From an uncultured archaeon (GTDB lineage Archaea; Iainarchaeota; Iainarchaeia; Iainarchaeales; CSSED10-239), in contig CAYXAY010000009.1 of the NCBI GenBank assembly GCA_964463155.1, positions 1-25,249 on the forward strand: a stretch of DNA of 25,249 nt. The letters run 5' to 3'. The position numbers and the translations under genes were made by a program. Positions 14,873-23,287 of this stretch are shown one piece after another (the stretch's first letter is position 1; every line of letters starts with the position of its first letter). The notes under the pieces are model-generated. The model did not search any database, was not told the DNA's origin, and saw nothing but the letters and a program-made list of their open reading frames with translations.

Positions 14873-15730
14873 TCATTTCTCAGAAACAATCCTTATAATA
14901 TTATTAAAGAAATAAACCGGTATTGCGTTTAATGCAAATGTAGGAAAGTTATAAAGGTTTGCAGCATACAATGCGCTTAGATCTTTTATCACATAAATCT
15001 TTGCCTTTTCTATGCTTCTTTCAAATAACACTCTATTAAAGAAGGTGTTTGCGGAAAAGACATTGTTTTGTGGCACGGCGTCAGTATACACATATATATC
15101 AAATTCCGTTTCTCCAATCGCTTTAGGCACAAAAGAATATTCAACATCTACAGAATCACTTGGTTGCAATACAACTGTGACTTCCCTATTTAGTTTGCCG
15201 GTTGCTTTTGATTCAAACCAACTTATTGGAAGACCAGAGGAGATTGTTATTTTCTTTGTAGTTATTGATTTGTTTATTACTTTTATTGTAACATCTTTCT
15301 TTTCTCCAAATCTTGTGGCCTTATCATAAGGTAAAATAAAAGTTGAAACTACGTTTGTAGATATTGTCATCTTAAGATAAATATTAACACTATCTCCTGT
15401 CTCTGTATTTTTTAAAATAATTTTTGCCTGTTGTTCTCCGCTTGTCCCTTCTTTAATCTTAACAACAGTAAAAACACTTTCCTTTGTGTGTTGTGTGCTT
15501 TCCAAGAATAAATAGTTTGCACCAACAGAATCTGTTGTTATCAAATCATATTTCTCATTGCCATTTAAGAAAAAACTTATTAGGAAATATTCCCCGGGAG
15601 CAACAGTTCCAATCTCTACTGCCGAGTTTTGGGTAACATCAATCATAATCGGTTCAAGCATCTGCAAAGCAGAAATGCTTGGCACTAATAAAAAAACCAA
15701 TAGAATAACAACTATCTTTTTAGTAAACAT
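14873..15730 (-). CDS. Secreted protein (285 aa) with a CARDB/NEW3-like domain
   Basis: Signal peptide MFTKKIVVILLVFLLVPSISA. GEKKDVTIKVINKSITTKKITISSGLPISWF matches the CARDB/NEW3 strand pattern. The C-terminus is hydrophobic. It ends 21 nt upstream of elp3. Confidence 0.6.
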   Translation of the reverse strand: MFTKKIVVILLVFLLVPSISALQMLEPIMIDVTQNSAVEIGTVAPGEYFLISFFLNGNEKYDLITTDSVGANYLFLESTQHTKESVFTVVKIKEGTSGEQQAKIILKNTETGDSVNIYLKMTISTNVVSTFILPYDKATRFGEKKDVTIKVINKSITTKKITISSGLPISWFESKATGKLNREVTVVLQPSDSVDVEYSFVPKAIGETEFDIYVYTDAVPQNNVFSANTFFNRVLFERSIEKAKIYVIKDLSALYAANLYNFPTFALNAIPVYFFNNIIRIVSEK

Positions 15731-15765
15731 AATTTATCACACAATCCAATATATATTATTTTTGT

Positions 15766-15781
15766 TATATATTATATATAC
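15766..15781. promoter_or_regulatory. Conserved AT-only 16-mer TATATATTATATATAC in the divergent intergenic region (TATA/BRE candidate)
   Basis: The identical 16-mer recurs at 17453-17468. Here it lies 36-51 bp from the minus-strand ATG (15730) and 38-53 bp from the taw3 ATG (15819). A second TATA-like TTTATAAA sits at about 15790. Confidence 0.4.
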
Positions 15782-15818
15782 TAAATTATTTATAAACCTA
15801 ATTAATGTGCGTCCTACC

Positions 15819-16430
15819 ATGAATACAAATTTAATAGATTCAAGATTTTCAATGCTTAAAAAACATCACACAAAAACCCTGCAGGACGCTATATCTAAGG
15901 ACCTCGTAGATACGCCAGTAATTCCTTTTCTTCTAGAGGTTATAACTATCCCTGACATCTACACTTCAAGCAGTTGTTCAGGAAGGCTTTTGCTTCTTAG
16001 AGGAGACGAGGAAGAAAATAAGAAGGCGTCTAGTTTTGTAAACCGCTATCACAGATTAGTGACTTATGGGGAAATAAAAAGAGACATAGACAATTTCAAT
16101 ACAGGCTATTTATGGCTAAAAATAGAGCCATTTATATTTCATTTTGCAACAAAAGGCTATAACAAAGCAAAGCAAATACTTGATTTTTCAAGAGAACGGG
16201 GTCTTAAAAAAGCAGGAATAATAAGCGCAAAAGAAGGGAGATTCACTTGTGAAGTAACTCACACTGTTTTTCTTTCAACATTAATAAAGATAGACAAGAA
16301 ACAACTTGTCTCTGATGATTATCTAAAGACAATTATAGAAATAGCAAACAAAAAACTAGAAACAAATTTTTCAAAACTAAAAGACTTTGAAAAAGAGTTC
16401 TTAAAAAAATTTAAAACAAAAAAGAAATAA
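15819..16430 (+). CDS. taw3: tRNA wybutosine/wyosine-synthesizing protein 3 (Taw3/TYW3 methyltransferase)
   Basis: 203 aa from the ATG at 15819. The upstream part of the track ORF runs through the promoter region and overlaps the opposite-strand gene. DTPVIPFL...IYTSSSCSGR and WLKIEPFIFHF match the TYW3 pattern as I remember it. Confidence 0.75.
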   Translation: MNTNLIDSRFSMLKKHHTKTLQDAISKDLVDTPVIPFLLEVITIPDIYTSSSCSGRLLLLRGDEEENKKASSFVNRYHRLVTYGEIKRDIDNFNTGYLWLKIEPFIFHFATKGYNKAKQILDFSRERGLKKAGIISAKEGRFTCEVTHTVFLSTLIKIDKKQLVSDDYLKTIIEIANKKLETNFSKLKDFEKEFLKKFKTKKK

Positions 16431-16432
16431 CC

Positions 16433-17392
16433 CTATCTCTTTTTGTTTTTCTTACCAGAAAGATATGCTTGTATCAAGGGAAAGTATTCAGTAAGTTGTT
16501 CTTTTTCTTTCGCATTGATCTTAATATCTCCAGAGTTCAATTTCTTAGAGATTGACTGCAATAAACCAGTAACCTCCATTGGAAATATTATCTTTGAAGA
16601 TTGTCCTTCTCCAATCTTTTCTAAAGCTTTAATATAATAATAAAGCATTGTTTTGTCAGACAGTTGATCAGTTGCATCCCTTATTGCTATAATCTTTGCC
16701 TTTTCTGATTCAGCCTCTTCAAATATTGCAAGTTTCTTTTGTACCGCCGCTTTTTGCTTGTGCATTGATTCAATTATTTCAGTTGGTATCTGCAAATCCC
16801 TGATTTCAACAGCATTAATCTTTAATCCCCAAGCCTTTGCGACTTCCTTTAATGCTTCTGTTAACTTTTTGTTTATTGATTCTGTATTAGTTATAGCCTC
16901 CGAAAGATCAAACTCGCCAAGAGTATCTCTTAACATTGCAATAACATACAAAGATGCTGCTTTTTTATAATCTTCCACCTTGACAACAGAATTTATTGTG
17001 CTTTCTTTTGAGGGGTCAACAGAAAGGTAAAGTATCGCATCAATTGTTACTCTTATATTGTCCTTTGTAATTATCTGTTGAACAGGAACATCAATCACTT
17101 GCGTTCTTAATGTAACATAATTTGATTTTTCTATGATTGGAAGAATAATTGTCCAGCCAGGTCCACCAACTCTGTGCACTTTACCAAACCTAAAGATAAC
17201 TGATCTCTCATAATCTTTCAATTGTAATATTATGTTTGTTGCAAAAAGCAAATATATGGAAACAACACAAATAAAAACAATAAGAACAATCTGCTTGATA
17301 AGTTCATTTGTTATTAAAAACAAATAAATCACAGCAATAACTGCTATCACAATAATTGCAAAATATATGTTCTTCTTTTTTTGTTCGTCCAT
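16433..17392 (-). CDS. SPFH / band-7 (stomatin-prohibitin) family membrane protein
   Basis: 319 aa. Two N-terminal TM segments, then ERSVIFRFGKVHRVGGPGWTIILPIIE...ITKDNIRVTIDAILY, then a coiled-coil tail. Confidence 0.85.
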   Translation of the reverse strand: MDEQKKKNIYFAIIVIAVIAVIYLFLITNELIKQIVLIVFICVVSIYLLFATNIILQLKDYERSVIFRFGKVHRVGGPGWTIILPIIEKSNYVTLRTQVIDVPVQQIITKDNIRVTIDAILYLSVDPSKESTINSVVKVEDYKKAASLYVIAMLRDTLGEFDLSEAITNTESINKKLTEALKEVAKAWGLKINAVEIRDLQIPTEIIESMHKQKAAVQKKLAIFEEAESEKAKIIAIRDATDQLSDKTMLYYYIKALEKIGEGQSSKIIFPMEVTGLLQSISKKLNSGDIKINAKEKEQLTEYFPLIQAYLSGKKNKKR

Positions 17393-17452
17393 TTCTCATC
17401 TACTTTTTTATAATTAAGATATTCTTTTAAATGCTTTTATATATTAATGCTA

Positions 17453-17468
17453 TATATATTATATATAC
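17453..17468 (+). promoter_or_regulatory. Second copy of the 16-mer TATATATTATATATAC, upstream of the DUF373-like gene
   Basis: Exact repeat of 15766-15781. It lies about 50-65 bp upstream of the TTG start at 17517. AAGGAGG (17504-17510) sits between them as a Shine-Dalgarno sequence. Confidence 0.4.
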
Positions 17469-17516
17469 ACCATTTATTAATCTTTTACCTTTGCACAATT
17501 AATAAGGAGGAATGTC

Positions 17517-18782
17517 TTGGCTTCAAAAAAAAACGAAATTGTTTTACCTGAGCAAAAGGCACCACAAGCACAAGAACACTTACTTATACTTACCGTTGAC
17601 AGGGATAACGACATTGGCAAAAAGCTTGACATATCAGGCCCAATTGTTGGTTATGACAATAACTTAAAACTTGCAAATGATTTGATATTAAAGGATCCAG
17701 AGGAATCAGATGCAAATGCAATTTTTGCAACCTTGAAAAAATATACTGAACTAAAAAAAGACTATGTTGTTGAGGTAGCAACATTAACTGGTCATTCAAA
17801 AGAAAACCTTTTCTTTGCAGACAAAAACATAGCCTTGCAAATAAAACAAGTTCTTGAAGACTTTCCAGCAAGTGCTTTTATTTTGATTACTGATGGAGCA
17901 GAAGATGATCAGATAGTTCCAATTATTCAAAACTTTGGGCCAATAATCTCAAAAGAAGTTGTTGTTGTAAGACAGTCTCAAGCAATTGAGAGTCTGTACT
18001 ATACAGTTAAGAAAGCAATAAACGACCCGTCATTTTCAAGAATAATATTTGGGGTTCCTGCAATAATCCTGTTGTTGTTTTTCTTTTTCAAACTTTATGC
18101 TTTCCAGATAATAGCATTAGTACTTGGGATTTATTTTTTGATTAGAGGATTTAATCTTGAAAAAAAGATAGTTAATTTTTTTACAAACACAGTATCTCGA
18201 TTTTCAATTTCAAGAATAAGTTTTCCATTCTATGTTGCAAGTATGTTCTTTGTAATGTACACAATAGTTACGGGAACCAACCTGTTTTTGGCAAACATCA
18301 ACTTCATATTGTGGCAAAGAATAATATTTGTTTTAAGAGCTGTGTTACTTTACATTTTGTTTGCAATAGTTTCATTTATTGTTGGCAACATAATTGATTT
18401 ATTCTACAGTCGTGCATTATATAAGATAGGAAAATTGATATTTGCATTGATTGCTACATTTGTTTTTGTAGGAATATTTGATATTTCCTTGCAGTTTGTG
18501 TTAGGAAACTTAAAGTTTCAAACATTCATTTATATGATTTTGTTTTCAGCATTATTCTTATTTATTCTTCATAAAATAACAAGTGTCTTTGACATAACAA
18601 AAGACATTACTGAACTTCTTGTGGGCCTGCCGGTTGTTTCAAAATATGGGGTGTGGCTTGGAGAGGTCATTGCAATAGACAAGGAAAAACACACAATAAG
18701 CTATAAAAACAGAACAGGAAAAGTAATAACAGTCATATCAAAGAAGCATTTTATTATACAAGACGGTCAAGTCATAATCTAA
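17517..18782 (+). CDS. Archaeal DUF373-like integral membrane protein
   Basis: 421 aa. The N-terminal soluble domain LLILTVDRDNDIGKK...DPEESDANAIFA is followed by about 6-7 TM helices. The start is a TTG 6 nt after AAGGAGG; the nearby ATG at 17512 is out of frame and closes quickly. Confidence 0.6.
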   Translation: MASKKNEIVLPEQKAPQAQEHLLILTVDRDNDIGKKLDISGPIVGYDNNLKLANDLILKDPEESDANAIFATLKKYTELKKDYVVEVATLTGHSKENLFFADKNIALQIKQVLEDFPASAFILITDGAEDDQIVPIIQNFGPIISKEVVVVRQSQAIESLYYTVKKAINDPSFSRIIFGVPAIILLLFFFFKLYAFQIIALVLGIYFLIRGFNLEKKIVNFFTNTVSRFSISRISFPFYVASMFFVMYTIVTGTNLFLANINFILWQRIIFVLRAVLLYILFAIVSFIVGNIIDLFYSRALYKIGKLIFALIATFVFVGIFDISLQFVLGNLKFQTFIYMILFSALFLFILHKITSVFDITKDITELLVGLPVVSKYGVWLGEVIAIDKEKHTISYKNRTGKVITVISKKHFIIQDGQVII

Positions 18783-18787
18783 AAGGG

Positions 18788-18816
18788 TTAAGTTTTCAAA
18801 CTTTTACGAGTTTTTT
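18788..18816 (+). terminator. Short hairpin plus T6 after the DUF373-like gene
   Basis: AAGTT-TTCA-AACTT (18790-18803) is followed by TTTTTT (18811-18816). Confidence 0.3.
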
Positions 18817-18921
18817 AGCAGTTATTTGTAAACAGAAAGATATATATATTAATCGCCTATCAATTATAAATGAAATATAATAATATTTTTAAGAATAAAT
18901 AATAAAAGAGAGGTTTACAAC

Positions 18922-19200
18922 ATGTATAAATACGCAATCGCAAGACAACTTGCAACAAAAAAATTAATAACTAACAGAGGAGACAACATAGGAAGACTTG
19001 TTGATTTAATGGTTAATGAAGTAACAGGAGACATCGAAGCATTATTAGTCGAAATCGATCCTTCTTCAAAAGTAGTTAAGCAATTAGATGTTCAAGGAAA
19101 TCTAATAGAGATACCTTATAGAAGCGTTCTAGCTGTTTCTGATGTTTTTGTAATTGATGAAAAAACACTATTAACAAAAGACGAAAGAACTTTTAATTAA
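18922..19200 (+). CDS. PRC-barrel domain protein (92 aa)
   Basis: GRLVDLMVNEVTGDIEALLVEIDP...IEIPYRSVLAVSDVFVIDE fits the PRC-barrel pattern. GAGAGG lies upstream of the ATG. Confidence 0.6.
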   Translation: MYKYAIARQLATKKLITNRGDNIGRLVDLMVNEVTGDIEALLVEIDPSSKVVKQLDVQGNLIEIPYRSVLAVSDVFVIDEKTLLTKDERTFN

Positions 19201-19219
19201 GGTTTCTTTTTAAATTTTT

Positions 19220-20308
19220 TTATTTATCTTTAATTTCTAAAACATAGCTTGTTTCTTTAGTGTCGATGCTTTTTATCTTTAGTTCTGTATAGTTCTTTGC
19301 GAAATAGTCATTTAATGTCTTTATTATTTCTTCTGGTGCGATTTTCTTTCCTCTTGCAATTTTTATCTGCTGATTGACCTTTTCAATAATTTGAAAATAC
19401 CCATATATCTTTTGCGCTTCTTCTTCAAGTTCTTTTGTAATTTTTTCATATTCTTTTTTTGTCTTTAATTGCCCCGCCAATATTATCTCTTGCTTATTTT
19501 TTCCGTTGGTTTCTATTTTTGTCTCAAGCAATTGTATATTCTTTACATAGTGGCCAGAAATTTCTTTAAAAAAATCAACAACCTCTTGCTTGTCTTTACA
19601 AGCCGCTACAAGAACAATACTTTTGTTATCAATCTCTTCAAAGCAAAGTTTTACATTCTTATAAGAATACAATTTAATTGCTTTTTCAATGATCTTTTGT
19701 TTTGTAGTTAATTCATTGATATAACCGGAATAAATATTATATTTTTTAACAAAAAAACTTATTGTTCCTTTTAAATGAAGTTCTTCAGTTTCTTTTAATA
19801 GTTCTTTTTTTGTTTTCTTTGTAATATCTTCGCCCTGAGGAAAATAATATTTCTCATTTTTCTTTATAGCGCGGTCTTTCCATTCTTCTTTTTGCTTTGC
19901 AGTAACAATATTAAATTCCAAGTCAGTTAATATGATATTAGATTTACTAAAAAACTCAAATATCAAATAATAATCATCAAGCTTGAAATAAACAACTCTG
20001 TTATTCTTGTCTTGGTTAATCTCTTGTATCCTCTGGTTATAAAGTTTCTTTTTTAAAAACTTAATGAGCCCCCCACACTCAAGATTGACTGGCAAAACCA
20101 AATCGGTAACAAACAAAACCTGCGATGTAACAATTAGTTCTTTTGTTTTTCCTTTATGTATCTTGATTTTTAAAACATCATTACTCACATAATTAACCAA
20201 TTGTATATTATTAATATAACCATTCAGAAACTCGTTTTGCAATTCTTTAACAATATAAAAAAAAGCAGTACTAGTAATATCTAATTTCATATCACTCATT
20301 ATCAACAT
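19220..20308 (-). CDS. NFACT-N domain protein (RqcH/FbpA-like), truncated architecture (362 aa)
   Basis: MKLDITSTAFFYIVKELQNEFLNGYINNIQ...LIKFLKKKLYNQRIQEINQDKNNRVVYFKL...NIILTD...YYFPQ follows the NFACT-N pattern, then a coiled coil. I see no NFACT-R/DUF814 or NFACT-C part. An alternative ATG at 20290 lies 1 nt after the upstream stop. Confidence 0.65.
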   Translation of the reverse strand: MLIMSDMKLDITSTAFFYIVKELQNEFLNGYINNIQLVNYVSNDVLKIKIHKGKTKELIVTSQVLFVTDLVLPVNLECGGLIKFLKKKLYNQRIQEINQDKNNRVVYFKLDDYYLIFEFFSKSNIILTDLEFNIVTAKQKEEWKDRAIKKNEKYYFPQGEDITKKTKKELLKETEELHLKGTISFFVKKYNIYSGYINELTTKQKIIEKAIKLYSYKNVKLCFEEIDNKSIVLVAACKDKQEVVDFFKEISGHYVKNIQLLETKIETNGKNKQEIILAGQLKTKKEYEKITKELEEEAQKIYGYFQIIEKVNQQIKIARGKKIAPEEIIKTLNDYFAKNYTELKIKSIDTKETSYVLEIKDK

Positions 20309-21350
20309 ACTTATTCTGATTATATTTGTATATTACTTTTTTTATTTTATGTCCATTGTATTTATAATCCGCAACAAGCTTGTTTTCATCAGTATTTGTA
20401 AACATCTCAAAAGGCCCTTTTTGTGTCAGATCAAATATGTAATTTTGGTTTTTATATTTTGTTTTTACAAACGCATGTGTGCTGTCATCATCTAACAAAA
20501 CAACCCACACCATTGATTCAAAGTCATTCATGCCTTGCATGATTGAACAAAGCATTGCAGAAATATCTTGTTCATCAGAAAGTTTGTTCTTAAGTATTGT
20601 TGTAGGATCAAGCCAATAAAGGATCTTAACATCTGTCTTAACAACATCAACTTCTGATTTTAAAAAAACATATATTTTTCTTAATGTCTCTATATAGTCT
20701 TTAGAATACTCATACCCTATAGGCTTGTATTTTGATATAATGCTTTTTATTGTCAAGTCAAAAGGGTTTATAGACGATTTTATCTGTGAAATTGTTTTTC
20801 TTTCTCGTTCATTTATCAAATCCTTGTATTTTTCAAGTATTTGCTCATAATATTTATTTTTTATGCTGTCTTTTATTGATGTAGAAACATTTTTGCTACC
20901 AGAAAGGTTTTTTACAAAATCCTCAAGCTCCTTAACCCTGACTTTAAGGTTTTCTCTTTCAAGCCTTGTCTCGTTTAGTTCTCCTTTAAGCTTGATATTT
21001 TGAAATCTAAGGTCGCCACCAGTATCTTGTGTCTTTTGAAGCTCTGTTAGTTTTTCAACTTCTGTATTTATCTCATTATCAATCTTTGATAATTCGTTAT
21101 TAATATATTTCAATGCACTAGAATAGGCATTATCCGTTATGCTTTTTATGCTATACTTGAATGAAAGTTCTTCTTTCTTTTTTAAAAACGCCTTTTTTTG
21201 CGAATTTAGTGATTCTATCTTTTGCCAAGAGTTTTGCTCTTTATTTACAGACACATTTATTCTTTTTTTTAGATTTACAAATGTTATAGCTACCCCAAAT
21301 ACAATGATTATTATGGTGATTATTATTATCTGTATTAATTCTATGTCCAT
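20292..21350 (-). CDS. Membrane-anchored coiled-coil protein with a C-terminal transglutaminase-like (papain-fold) Cys-His-Asp pattern
   Basis: 352 aa. N-terminal TM (IQIIIITIIIIVFGVAITFV) followed by KKR, then about 150 aa of coiled coil. The C-terminus reads DISAMLC(268)SIMQGM...STH(292)AFVKTKYKNQNYIFD(307)LT, which resembles the transglutaminase-like C/H/D core. Confidence 0.45.
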   Translation of the reverse strand: MDIELIQIIIITIIIIVFGVAITFVNLKKRINVSVNKEQNSWQKIESLNSQKKAFLKKKEELSFKYSIKSITDNAYSSALKYINNELSKIDNEINTEVEKLTELQKTQDTGGDLRFQNIKLKGELNETRLERENLKVRVKELEDFVKNLSGSKNVSTSIKDSIKNKYYEQILEKYKDLINERERKTISQIKSSINPFDLTIKSIISKYKPIGYEYSKDYIETLRKIYVFLKSEVDVVKTDVKILYWLDPTTILKNKLSDEQDISAMLCSIMQGMNDFESMVWVVLLDDDSTHAFVKTKYKNQNYIFDLTQKGPFEMFTNTDENKLVADYKYNGHKIKKVIYKYNQNKYVDNE

Positions 21351-21494
21351 TTTACTACACTTATATTTATTGTTAATTTATAATTATATATGAACAGATT
21401 TAGTTTATATATATTGTTATTTAAGCAAACCAAATAAAATCTCCATTAAAAGTTAGTTTTCTCAAAGATTATCCATTTATAAAGTTTTACCTTC

Positions 21495-21507
21495 TATATT
21501 ATATATA
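21495..21507 (+). promoter_or_regulatory. TATATTATATATA promoter-like core upstream of EF-1alpha
   Basis: Same AT-only core as at 15766 and 17453. It lies about 110-120 bp upstream of the ATG at 21616. AAGGAGG at 21602-21608 is the Shine-Dalgarno sequence. Confidence 0.35.
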
Positions 21508-21615
21508 ATTTATACAAAAAATCATCATTTCGCGTAAATAGGTCTTAAAGTTAAAAATCGAGGTTTTTAATAATTATTTTCTAAAAACAATGTAAAAATA
21601 TAAGGAGGAATATAA

Positions 21616-22872
21616 ATGGCATCACCAAAACCAAAGGTTAATGTTGTTTTCATTGGACATATCGATCACGGCAAATCCACAACTGTTGGTCGTTTAATGT
21701 ACGATACAAAAAATCTTAGTGAGCAAGATTATAGAAAGTTACAAGCAATTGCTGAGGAAAAAGGCAAAGGAACTTTCGCTTTTGCATACCTAATGGATGT
21801 TACAAAAGAAGAAAGAGACCGAGGAATCACAATTGACATTAACTACAAGAAACTTGAATCAGACAAGTTTAGTTTCACAGTTATTGATGCTCCTGGACAC
21901 CAAGACTATGTTAAGAACATGATTACTGGAACAGCCCAGTCAGATGCGGCAGTACTTGTTGTTGCAGCAAAAGACGGAGTAATGGCTCAAACAAAAGAGC
22001 ACGCATTCCTTGCTCAAGTTATGGGTATTAAGCAAATTGTAGTTGCAGTAAACAAGATGGACGAAATAAACTACGGAGAAGATAGTTTTAACAAGGTTAA
22101 AACAGACATACAAAACCTTTTCAAAGGCAAGTTTAAGGACGACCAATATGTAGTAGTTCCAATCTCTGCATGGAATGGAGAAAACATTACAAAAGCATCA
22201 GATAAAATGACCTGGTATAAAGGGGCAAGCTTATTTGAGGCAATGAATAATTTCAAAGCACCAGAAGTATTAACTGGAAAAGCATTAAGACTTCCAATCC
22301 AAGATGTTTATTCAATTAAAGGTGTTGGTATGGTTCCAGTTGGTAGAGTTGAAACAGGAATATTAAGACCAAATGACAAGGTAATAATAATGCCAGAAGG
22401 AATCACAACACAGATTAAGACTGTTGAAGCACATCACGAGCAATTACCAGAAGCACTTCCTGGCGACAATATTGGTTTTAACATAAGAAATGTTGATAAA
22501 GGAGCAATTAAGAGAGGTTCTGTTGTTGGGCCAGAAACAAATCCGCCAACAGTTGCTGAAGAGTTTACTGCTCAAATAATTGTTCTAAACCACCCAACAG
22601 CAATAACAGCGGGATACACTCCAGTATTCCACATACACACTGCACAAATGTCTTGTTCAATCGTAGAATTGATAAAGAAGGTCGCTCCAACAGTTGAAGA
22701 TGCACCAAAGTTCTTAAAGACAGGAGACGCTGCAGTTGTAAGAATAAAGCCAACACAGCCACTTGCATGTGAAACATACAAGGACTTCCCACAACTTGGT
22801 AGATTCGCGATCAGAGACATGGGTAAGACCGTTGCAGCAGGAGTTATCCAAGAGATAAAGCCAAGAAAGTAA
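21616..22872 (+). CDS. tuf: Translation elongation factor aEF-1alpha
   Basis: 418 aa. NVVFIGHIDHGKSTTVGRL, DAPGHQDYVKNMITG and NKMD GTPase motifs. Archaeal/eukaryotic-type sequence throughout, followed by rps10 as in most archaea. Confidence 0.97.
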   Translation: MASPKPKVNVVFIGHIDHGKSTTVGRLMYDTKNLSEQDYRKLQAIAEEKGKGTFAFAYLMDVTKEERDRGITIDINYKKLESDKFSFTVIDAPGHQDYVKNMITGTAQSDAAVLVVAAKDGVMAQTKEHAFLAQVMGIKQIVVAVNKMDEINYGEDSFNKVKTDIQNLFKGKFKDDQYVVVPISAWNGENITKASDKMTWYKGASLFEAMNNFKAPEVLTGKALRLPIQDVYSIKGVGMVPVGRVETGILRPNDKVIIMPEGITTQIKTVEAHHEQLPEALPGDNIGFNIRNVDKGAIKRGSVVGPETNPPTVAEEFTAQIIVLNHPTAITAGYTPVFHIHTAQMSCSIVELIKKVAPTVEDAPKFLKTGDAAVVRIKPTQPLACETYKDFPQLGRFAIRDMGKTVAAGVIQEIKPRK

Positions 22873-22908
22873 AAGCAGTTTTTTGCTTTTATTTTTTAAT
22901 TTTTTTTA
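22872..22908 (+). terminator. Hairpin plus long T tracts after tuf
   Basis: AAAGCA (22872-22877) pairs with TGCTTT (22884-22889) across a 6-nt loop. It is followed by TATTTTTTAATTTTTTTT. Confidence 0.5.
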
Positions 22909-22929
22909 AAATAAAATACATGTGATAAG

Positions 22930-23238
22930 ATGCAGACAGCAAGAGTAATAGTTACAGGAACAGATTACAAGAAGGTTACATATTTTTGCAAGGAAATTAT
23001 TGATGTTGCTTCAAAAAGTGGAGTCAAGCACACAGGAATAATCCCACTAAAGACAAAAAAGTTAGTTGTTCCATTAAGAAGAGGAGCGTCGGCTGGTGGA
23101 ACAGAGACTTATGAAAAATATCAATTAAGAATTCATAAAAGAATAATTGATATTAAAGCAGACGACAAGCTTCTTAGAAGAATAATGAGAGTTGACGTTC
23201 CTGCAGATCTTCAGATAGGTATTGAACTTAAAAACTAA
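22930..23238 (+). CDS. rps10: 30S ribosomal protein S10 (uS10)
   Basis: 102 aa. ARVIVTGTDYKKV...HTGIIPLKTKKLVVPLRR...YEKYQLRIHKRIIDI. GTGAT Shine-Dalgarno sequence upstream. Conserved tuf-rps10 gene order. Confidence 0.93.
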   Translation: MQTARVIVTGTDYKKVTYFCKEIIDVASKSGVKHTGIIPLKTKKLVVPLRRGASAGGTETYEKYQLRIHKRIIDIKADDKLLRRIMRVDVPADLQIGIELKN

Positions 23239-23244
23239 TTTCAA

Positions 23245-23257
23245 TTCCTTTTTTTTG
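23245..23257 (+). terminator. T8 tract after rps10
   Basis: CCTTTTTTTTG with T8 at 23249-23256, 10 nt after the stop. Confidence 0.45.
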
Positions 23258-23287
23258 AAAGCATTACAATTTAGTAAATGCAATAAA

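Noticed and set aside
9895-15329. Plus-strand ORFs 9895-10092, 10276-10485, 12665-12880, 13689-13934, 14154-14387, 14586-14864 and 15012-15329
   Set aside because: Each is embedded antisense in a longer, better-supported minus-strand gene, and each has Ser/Leu/Phe-rich shadow-frame composition.
15558-15818. The N-terminal 87 codons of the track ORF 15558-16430
   Set aside because: This part overlaps the 5' end of the opposite-strand gene and crosses the AT-only promoter region. Taw3-like similarity starts only after the ATG at 15819.
16433-17392. An expected NfeD partner gene for the SPFH/stomatin protein
   Set aside because: Neither neighbour is NfeD-like: taw3 is convergent and the DUF373-like gene is divergent. 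No operon claim is made.
21517-21535. The AUGAUGA (C-box-like) string on the minus strand upstream of tuf as a C/D-box sRNA
   Set aside because: No CUGA D or D' box lies at a suitable distance downstream on that strand, and there are no terminal complementary ends.
23222-23287. The track start of the rtcB ORF at 23222
   Set aside because: It would overlap the end of rps10 and include the T8 terminator tract. The ATG at 23288 gives a normal RtcB N-terminus.
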